A stretch of 64,000 bases of DNA. Source: a virus (Duplodnaviria > Caudoviricetes). Below are positions 57,543 to 64,000 of this stretch, in pieces. Both the position numbers and the translations under genes were made by a program. The notes under the pieces are model-generated. The model ran no database searches, had not been told where the DNA came from, and worked only from the letters and a program-made list of their open reading frames with translations. The DNA is taken from the IMG/VR virus record IMGVR_UViG_3300023105_001349, positions 1-64,000 of that record; one strand, 5' to 3'. Position 1 is the first letter of the stretch; every line of letters starts with the position of its first letter.

Positions 57543-59027
57543 ATGCCTACATTTGACGCAATATTATTCACAGATACAGCCGCATATCCACATTGGACTA
57601 GAGGATATGGCGCTCACCGTCTTGCATCTCATTTAAGGACTCACGGATATAGCGTATTAGTAATAGATTTTAGTTTAGCACTACAGTTTGAAACTTGGAA
57701 AGAAATTTGCAAATATGCAATAGGTAGCAATACTTTATTCTTAGGATTCTCTACTACATGGTGGCCGTATAGAAATCCAGATCAAGATAATCCGTTTATT
57801 AATCCTAGTGTAAATATGGCAGACACACTTATAGATAACTTCAAAAAAGAAATGCCTGAAGATCGTACACTTACTTACGATGCTGCAAATGGAACAGTTA
57901 ATCGATGGATTGACGAAGCAAAGAATTATAATGAGAATATTAAAGTTTTAATTGGTGGAGCCAAAATTGATTGGTACAGAGATTTCCCAGCAGATTATTT
58001 TTTTAGTGGATTAAGCGAAACACAAATAGTAGATTTTTTAACAGAAGAACTTCGAATTTGGCCAAGATATATTAAACACGATACACATGCAGATCATCAT
58101 AGATGGGATTGGTTGCATAGTAGCACACGATATACAGATTTAGATTTTATAGTTCCGGGAGAAGTTCTTACATTGGAAACAGCCCGTGGATGTAAATTTA
58201 AATGTTCATTTTGTTCTTTCCCTTTGATAGGGCAAAAAAAGATTGCAGATTATACAAAAACAGAAGAAACACTTTATCAAGAACTTTTAGAGAACTGGGA
58301 GAAGTGGGGAATAACTGATTACTGGATTGCAGATGACACATTCAACGATAATACTGAGAAGTTAAGAATGTTTCATAAAATTACAAAAAAACTACCGTTT
58401 GATCTTAACTATAGAGCATATTTAAGATTAGACGTAATGGCAATGCATCCTGAACAAATAGGATTGCTTTACGAATCAGGAATTAAAAACTGTTGGTTTG
58501 GAATTGAAACTTTCCATCCTGAGGCAGCAAAAGCAATAGGCAAAGGCATGCCCGAAGAGAAACGTAAACAAGCATTATATGATATGCAAAAAGTATGGGG
58601 CAATGATGTAGCAGTTGCTAGTGGATATATTGTAGGATTGCCTCATGAGCCAGTAGATCATATATACAAACAAGCAGAGTGGTTTATGGAAGATAATAAT
58701 CCAGTAAATCATAATCCTAACTTTATGCCTTTAATTATTAATCCTCCCGGAGCGTATGAATATCATCCAATGAGTGCAATTGACAGAAATCCTGAGAAGT
58801 ACGGATATAATATTCCTGATATGAAACGTTTTAATTTTTGGACTAAAGACGACGGCACCGGCATTGAATCTTTTGAGAAAGCCTGGCAAATAAGCGGAGA
58901 TATTACTCAAAAGATTGCTAGTAGGGGTAATAAAATAATTAATGAATTAGACTATCAACACGGTATTAAAGATCCACAAGAAGAATACTTTAAGCCGTTA
59001 GTGGAGAAATTAAAAAATGGAAGATGA
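57543..59027 (+). CDS. Cobalamin-binding (class B-type) radical SAM enzyme
   Basis: N-terminal GAHRLASHLRTHGYSVLVID B12-binding-like domain; LETARGCKFKCSFC; GIETF; IVGLPHE. Confidence 0.85.
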   Translation: MPTFDAILFTDTAAYPHWTRGYGAHRLASHLRTHGYSVLVIDFSLALQFETWKEICKYAIGSNTLFLGFSTTWWPYRNPDQDNPFINPSVNMADTLIDNFKKEMPEDRTLTYDAANGTVNRWIDEAKNYNENIKVLIGGAKIDWYRDFPADYFFSGLSETQIVDFLTEELRIWPRYIKHDTHADHHRWDWLHSSTRYTDLDFIVPGEVLTLETARGCKFKCSFCSFPLIGQKKIADYTKTEETLYQELLENWEKWGITDYWIADDTFNDNTEKLRMFHKITKKLPFDLNYRAYLRLDVMAMHPEQIGLLYESGIKNCWFGIETFHPEAAKAIGKGMPEEKRKQALYDMQKVWGNDVAVASGYIVGLPHEPVDHIYKQAEWFMEDNNPVNHNPNFMPLIINPPGAYEYHPMSAIDRNPEKYGYNIPDMKRFNFWTKDDGTGIESFEKAWQISGDITQKIASRGNKIINELDYQHGIKDPQEEYFKPLVEKLKNGR

Positions 59028-59877
59028 TTACCTATTAGGTCCAGATAAAATGCTGTATCAAATACCAGTAAACTTTCCTACACTTCCGGAAGGATCAAGA
59101 GTAGGAATATTCTTCTCGGGTGGCATGGAATCAAGTTTAATTGCTGCTATAGCAATGCATCAATATGGCAAAGATAATGTATTTTTATTTTATAGTGATT
59201 CTATGTTCTCTGGAAACAACAAAGTTATAGATAGAAATATACGAGCTAATGTAGAACGTAGTGCTGTTTTATTTGATAAAGAACCTATATACGTTGAAAC
59301 TGATTTAGAACTATTAGCAAACGATCGTAAAGAATTTGTAATTTCGTATACTCAACAAGTTATAGACGAATACAAATTATCTGGTATGTTATTTGGGTTT
59401 ACTAGATTGTTTTTTGAAGTAGAACCGTTTAAGGATGAAAGTTTAACATTAGAACAAATTGTAGATATGGCATACGAAACTCCAATGTTATATAAAGATA
59501 CAATTAGAGAATTTCACTTAGACACCAAAGAATATGCAGATCATTTACAAGATATAGATATTCCGTCTGAAGTATATCCTATACTTAGAGGAGCTCCTGG
59601 AATAAGAAGTCCGTTTGCTGAATTAAACAAAAAAGAAATTGTTGATTTATATGCACAATTAGGTATTTTAGAAATATCATATGCAACTAGTTCTTGTATC
59701 ATGGACGAGTTATACGATACAGGCAAACATTGTGGCAAATGTTTTAATTGTCAACAACGATATGATGCTTATCAAATGGCAGGATATCCTGATAATACTC
59801 CGTACTTAAATACAGATATAGTAGACCGATACAATGAGTTACAGAAAGTAAGACATGAACTTTATAACAAAGACTGA
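59017..59877 (+). CDS. Second QueC-like PP-loop ATPase
   Basis: FFSGGMESS; C-terminal SC...HCGKCFNCQQR. Confidence 0.75.
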   Translation: MEDDYLLGPDKMLYQIPVNFPTLPEGSRVGIFFSGGMESSLIAAIAMHQYGKDNVFLFYSDSMFSGNNKVIDRNIRANVERSAVLFDKEPIYVETDLELLANDRKEFVISYTQQVIDEYKLSGMLFGFTRLFFEVEPFKDESLTLEQIVDMAYETPMLYKDTIREFHLDTKEYADHLQDIDIPSEVYPILRGAPGIRSPFAELNKKEIVDLYAQLGILEISYATSSCIMDELYDTGKHCGKCFNCQQRYDAYQMAGYPDNTPYLNTDIVDRYNELQKVRHELYNKD

Positions 59878-60418
59878 TTTTAAAGTAGACCTAGAACAAA
59901 TGCGTTCTGACTTAGATGCATTATTAAATGTGCATGACGGTTGGCCTAAAGAAGATTTTGTACGCAAAATGTCGGGTAATCAACTTAGTGCTAAACACCG
60001 TCTAAACGAAGACATTTGGTTAGATGGTCAAGGTAATTTATGGGATCCTGTTAAAGAAGAATTTATAGCAACAGAAGCAGACTTTACAGAGTATAATCCT
60101 CATTTAGGATCGTATACTGTACAAGCATTAAAAGATTTAGAAACGCACGAAGGTGTTAAATTTGGTCGTATACGTTATATGCGATTAGAGCCTAAAAAAG
60201 GTCTAAGTATACATAAAGACTTTGATGCTAGATATCATTTTGTATTACATACAAATGACAATGCTCTATTTGGAGAAGTAACAAATAGTAATGTCAAAGC
60301 CGTTTGTTATCATTTACCTGCTGATGGGCATGCCTATAAAGTAGATACTACTAGAGAACATTTTGTTTATAACGGCGGTTGGGAAGATAGAATACACTTA
60401 GTAATTAATATTGCTTAG
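59855..60418 (+). CDS. Asp/Asn beta-hydroxylase-like Fe(II) oxygenase
   Basis: RIRYMRLEPKKGLSIHKD, RYHFVL, VDTTREH, RIHLVI. Confidence 0.8.
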   Translation: MNFITKTDFKVDLEQMRSDLDALLNVHDGWPKEDFVRKMSGNQLSAKHRLNEDIWLDGQGNLWDPVKEEFIATEADFTEYNPHLGSYTVQALKDLETHEGVKFGRIRYMRLEPKKGLSIHKDFDARYHFVLHTNDNALFGEVTNSNVKAVCYHLPADGHAYKVDTTREHFVYNGGWEDRIHLVINIA

Positions 60419-61187
60419 GTTTATCTTCAACAGTGTCTATTGCTAAAAATCTTTTAATAATCCAAGCAGGCGGATCAATTTGCCACTTACCAATACCTTG
60501 TGTTAACTTCCACGGCATTGCATGATGATTGTTATGCCATCCTTCACCTAAACTTGTAATATTAGCAATCCAGCTATTACGTGCTTCGTCTGCACCTAAA
60601 TCGTGTGTTTTGTATCCATGTCTGTGTGCAATTACAATAATGCTACTAGAAGCGTGTAATGTTAAACAACTAGGTATTGCATAACCAAAGATAACTAACC
60701 ATGGGCTAATAAGTGCTAGTAGTATACAATAAGTTACTATAATAGTAACATAGTGTTTATGTAAAAACTTTTGAAACGAATCTTTACGTAAATCTTTTAC
60801 TAAACGTAAATCTAATTTTGGTATATCCCAAAATCCAAACCATGCTCTTAAATTACCTAGTAGATAAGGACTATGAGGATCTTCATCTGTTTCTGTATGT
60901 TTATGGTGCTGTCTATGTACAGCAGTCCATGCAAGTGGACTTCCAATAGTAGTTAAACTTCCAATTAAAGACAATGCTTTCTCTATAAAGGGATAAGTTG
61001 TAAAACTTCTATGGCTAAGTAATCTATGAAATCCTATATTAATGCCTAATATAGTTGTTACTACAAAAAATGCAAGCGCAATAGCAAGCCAATGATATTG
61101 TCCTGTAGCAAATACAAATCCTAAACCAACTAGGCCTAGAACGTGATTAATTACTTGCAAACCTCTTGTTTTTTGATTGTGTGTCAC
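60405..61187 (-). CDS. Membrane fatty-acid (delta-9-type) desaturase; likely GTG start 61187 (track start 61247)
   Basis: Three His boxes HRLLSH, HRQHH, HNNHH; GEGWHNNHH; hydrophobic segments; TAGTG stop/start coupling. Confidence 0.9.
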   Translation of the reverse strand: MTHNQKTRGLQVINHVLGLVGLGFVFATGQYHWLAIALAFFVVTTILGINIGFHRLLSHRSFTTYPFIEKALSLIGSLTTIGSPLAWTAVHRQHHKHTETDEDPHSPYLLGNLRAWFGFWDIPKLDLRLVKDLRKDSFQKFLHKHYVTIIVTYCILLALISPWLVIFGYAIPSCLTLHASSSIIVIAHRHGYKTHDLGADEARNSWIANITSLGEGWHNNHHAMPWKLTQGIGKWQIDPPAWIIKRFLAIDTVEDKPKQY

Positions 61188-61804
61188 TAGTCTGTTCCTT
61201 CTGGCAAAGTATTCCACTCTGCTGTATCTATGATGTTTGGCTTCCAATCTTCGAAAGCATTATTTTTTAAATTCAAATAAACATAGTACTGATAGCAATT
61301 TTTTACACTAGAAGGACAAGTTTGTAAAAATCCATCTCCCTTAATCCATCTAGGATCTGCTCTTTGTAAACCTCTAACCCATATGTCAAAATATCCAGTT
61401 GTTGGTTTACGGCGATCCTGCATTGCCATAAAGTACCCGTCAAAATTATTTATTTCAATTAACGGTTTAATACCATGCTCTACGGCTACTTCCCAAAGTT
61501 TACTAAACCCTTTAAATGACGTAGTTCTATATTTAGGAAACCAGTATGTTCTATTAATCATTCTAGCCATGTTCTTTGGCATTAACCGCTCATCACGATA
61601 TACACCACCAAATGATGCTGGTTCGTCTGTCCTCTTATCATAGATAACAATAAAGCCGTTATGTTTAGAAACACTTAAACGTTCTTTTGTGTAAATGTGT
61701 CTTAACCAATTATCTTCTTCTAAACAAAGATCTCTTACATCTTCAAATTCTAAACAATCTTGATAATATATTTTATGATAAAATTGATCGATATCGTGCA
61801 ACAT
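61187..61804 (-). CDS. GNAT-fold-like protein
   Basis: FIVIYD...ASFGGVY...ARMINRTYWFPKYR resembles GNAT strands 2-4 and motif A. Confidence 0.45.
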   Translation of the reverse strand: MLHDIDQFYHKIYYQDCLEFEDVRDLCLEEDNWLRHIYTKERLSVSKHNGFIVIYDKRTDEPASFGGVYRDERLMPKNMARMINRTYWFPKYRTTSFKGFSKLWEVAVEHGIKPLIEINNFDGYFMAMQDRRKPTTGYFDIWVRGLQRADPRWIKGDGFLQTCPSSVKNCYQYYVYLNLKNNAFEDWKPNIIDTAEWNTLPEGTD

Positions 61805-61809
61805 ATAGT

Positions 61810-61854
61810 TACTTAGCCACTATTATATGCGCAGTTAATAAAAGCGAATAAGTA
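61810..61854. promoter_or_regulatory. Divergent regulatory region: two TAAGTA motifs around a TGCGCA palindrome
   Basis: TAAGTA minus 61815-61810, TGCGCA 61828-61833, TAAGTA plus 61849-61854. Confidence 0.45.
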
Positions 61855-61874
61855 TATTATAGAAAGAGGTTCAC

Positions 61875-62414
61875 ATGAATTTACAAGATAAAAAAGATTT
61901 AATACAAAGAATTATTGACAGTCAAGATATTATTGAAGAAGAATATCTAAACTTTAATCGCCGTCGTGTTCCTCTACCTGATTATGATGATGGCGATATT
62001 GTACCTGGCTGGACAGGTACAGCATTATGGTGGGATTATAAAGCATGGCCTAGTTCTCAAAGACGCTGTCCTAGAGTAACTGAATTAGTACGCAATGGTC
62101 CTGACCATAGAGCAACTGGATGGTTAGTATTAGATCCAAAAAGTAAAACACCAGAACATAATCATAAAGACTGGGGACATAAAATCATTTGTCATTTGCC
62201 AACTGTACTTCCAAAAGGTGATAGTGGATTTGTAGTTGAAGGCGAAACATATAATTGGAAGATGGGCGAATTCTTTGCGTTCGATGCTTCAAAAAATCAT
62301 TATGGATATAACGATACTAATTTTGAAAGATCGCTATTTGTATTAGATTTTGATTATAAAGAATGGATTGATGTACTAGAACCGTACATGCATCTAGATA
62401 ATAAGGCGTCTTAG
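61875..62414 (+). CDS. Asp/Asn beta-hydroxylase-like Fe(II) oxygenase
   Basis: WLVLDPKSKTPEHNH, IICHLP, WKMGEFFAFDASKNH, ERSLFVLDF. Confidence 0.8.
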   Translation: MNLQDKKDLIQRIIDSQDIIEEEYLNFNRRRVPLPDYDDGDIVPGWTGTALWWDYKAWPSSQRRCPRVTELVRNGPDHRATGWLVLDPKSKTPEHNHKDWGHKIICHLPTVLPKGDSGFVVEGETYNWKMGEFFAFDASKNHYGYNDTNFERSLFVLDFDYKEWIDVLEPYMHLDNKAS

Positions 62415-63113
62415 ACGCCCATACAAGCCCGTAGAGCAGCTTAAAAAGAACTGATATCCACTTGCATCCTCGCATATTGCATCGTGTACTATAGACGTAT
62501 CTATTAGGTATAAACGCCCTGGTTCTACTTCAGTAGTGTCTACTAATTCGTCGTTTACAGCGTATCTTAATTTAATACCATCTGTAGTAGTACCCCAAAG
62601 TCTAATCCAAGGACTAGGTACAGCAGTATCGATGTGTGGTTTAAAATGAGCACCGGGCTTCCAATAAAGTATATTTGAACGCAACCAATGGTTACTAAAT
62701 TGTTTTAATGGTTGTAACGATGGTAAATCCATAACTTCTGTTTCTTGTGTAAAGTCAGTTTCTAGTAATGGATTATCTGGATTCTTTAAATTGTATTCGT
62801 ATAATGAACCATTTACGGGATCGTTATGATGTAGTTCGCCTGTTTGATTTACAAGTGCTAACCCGTATCTTGGTAAATGTAAGTGTTCATTCCCCCATTG
62901 TTCAAAAAAATCATTGTATGCTACAATTTCTTTATTAAATTGTTCAACATCAATTTTTATATCAATAGGAGTTAAAAAGAAAGGATGGAGTCGAGTATAA
63001 TCTTCCTCGTGAATCCATCCTACTAAAGAGTTGTATTTTTGTTTTTGAATGTCAGAAGTTAAAAAAACTTCTTTTGATAATCTAATTATTTCTTCGGAGT
63101 TTACCCGCATCAA
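62394..63113 (-). CDS. Asp/Asn beta-hydroxylase-like Fe(II) oxygenase
   Basis: YWKPGAHFKPHID (HxD), EPGRLYLIDTSIVHDA. Confidence 0.75.
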   Translation of the reverse strand: MMRVNSEEIIRLSKEVFLTSDIQKQKYNSLVGWIHEEDYTRLHPFFLTPIDIKIDVEQFNKEIVAYNDFFEQWGNEHLHLPRYGLALVNQTGELHHNDPVNGSLYEYNLKNPDNPLLETDFTQETEVMDLPSLQPLKQFSNHWLRSNILYWKPGAHFKPHIDTAVPSPWIRLWGTTTDGIKLRYAVNDELVDTTEVEPGRLYLIDTSIVHDAICEDASGYQFFLSCSTGLYGRLRRLII

Positions 63114-63120
63114 TTACCTA

Positions 63121-63999
63121 TTAGTGGAAGTTTACCCAGGCAGATCCATCCCAACCTTTAAATTTGCTAGTAGTAGTATCAAAGATAATTTCACCAGCAG
63201 TTGGACTACCTGGCTCAGCACCACCTGCATAACTACCAACTGTTAAACTTGGTACCTTTGCTCTACCTGATGATGGAATTTCTAAATAGTTACCGTTCGC
63301 TGTTAATACATTTGAAGCAGCACCTAATCTGATAGTTGTAGGAACTTCAACGTCTGCAGGTCCAATAGCACCTTCAGTAATTGCACCAATAGTTCCTGCA
63401 ACAACATAGTCTTGTCCTGTATATGCTTGGAAACTAAATCCGCCAACAGCATCACCTGCTTGTGGAGCAGTTGGAGCAGAGAAAGAACCTCTATGTGCTT
63501 GAGTTACAATAGTTGGAAATTCAAAAGGACTTACACCAGTTGCACCGTTAAGTACAACACCATTATTAGTAGTGTTTGCTACAACTTTAAAGTTTGCATT
63601 TGTAACAGCGTTACCAACTTGTACATAATCTGCATCAGCAGTAATTGGCTTTGTTCCAGATACATATAAAGCACCTGTTGCGCCGTCTACTGCTACTGAA
63701 CTGTCATCTAATTGTACAGTACCAATGTGTGTTCCATAAGTATTTGCTTCAATAGATTGAGCAACAACAAGATCTGATCTTACAGTTTTAATAAAGCCTT
63801 CTGCCCATCTTGCAGTAGCGCCGCCTAAATCATAACTATTATCACCATCTGGAGTTAAAGAACTTGCAATCTGGCCTCCAACGATTACGTTATCTTCTGC
63901 TCCATCGCCTAAGTTAATATTACCTGAGGCTGTAATAGTACCAGTAATGTTTATATTACCTGTACCAACAATGTTATTTCCGTTAAGATCTAAGTTTGT
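63121..63999 (-). CDS. 3' part of a fibre-like virion protein (start outside window)
   Basis: Open frame of 293 codons: LDLNGNNIVGTGNINITG, YDLGGATARW, ending IIFDTTTSKFKGWDGSAWVNFH. Confidence 0.7.
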   Translation of the reverse strand, partial: TNLDLNGNNIVGTGNINITGTITASGNINLGDGAEDNVIVGGQIASSLTPDGDNSYDLGGATARWAEGFIKTVRSDLVVAQSIEANTYGTHIGTVQLDDSSVAVDGATGALYVSGTKPITADADYVQVGNAVTNANFKVVANTTNNGVVLNGATGVSPFEFPTIVTQAHRGSFSAPTAPQAGDAVGGFSFQAYTGQDYVVAGTIGAITEGAIGPADVEVPTTIRLGAASNVLTANGNYLEIPSSGRAKVPSLTVGSYAGGAEPGSPTAGEIIFDTTTSKFKGWDGSAWVNFH

Positions 64000-64000
64000 T

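Noticed and set aside
61188-61247. 20-aa N-terminal extension of the desaturase in the ORF track
   Set aside because: Overlaps the upstream gene; a GTG at 61187 is coupled to the upstream TAG and has an AAGGA SD
1-64000. tRNA genes, CRISPR arrays, IS elements
   Set aside because: Intergenic gaps are mostly under 80 nt; no cloverleaf, repeat-spacer array or transposase motif found by eye

Overview
A 64-kb segment of an AT-rich (roughly one third GC) large T4-like myophage, RaK2/GAP32-like in gene order; no tRNA, rRNA, CRISPR array or transposase is visible. Layout: (1) 1-4472, minus strand: GIY-YIG nuclease followed by a GC-rich, probably structured non-coding stretch, gp46/gp47 (SbcCD) and a gp55-like late sigma factor. 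(2) 4552-40856, plus strand: baseplate and tail-fibre module (tube initiator, gp53, hub, gp5 spike, gp25, gp6, a 5320-aa wedge-like protein, four fibre paralogues, two 2OG-Fe(II)-type oxygenases) with recurring TAAATA late-promoter motifs. (3) 40860-63113: a ~22-kb biosynthetic-type cluster with three glycosyltransferase genes, a repeat-fused methyltransferase, ten radical SAM enzymes (one cobalamin-type, one split from its SPASM domain), two QueC-like PP-loop ATPases, three Asp/Asn-beta-hydroxylase-like oxygenases, a GNAT-like protein and a fatty-acid desaturase. (4) A partial fibre-like gene at the right edge. The strongest leads are the radical-SAM cluster itself, small +1-frame ORFs with their own Shine-Dalgarno sites nested in GC-enriched patches of three radical SAM genes, and the candidate pseudoknotted RNA attached to the GIY-YIG gene. 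All family calls come from motifs read by eye; no database search was run.
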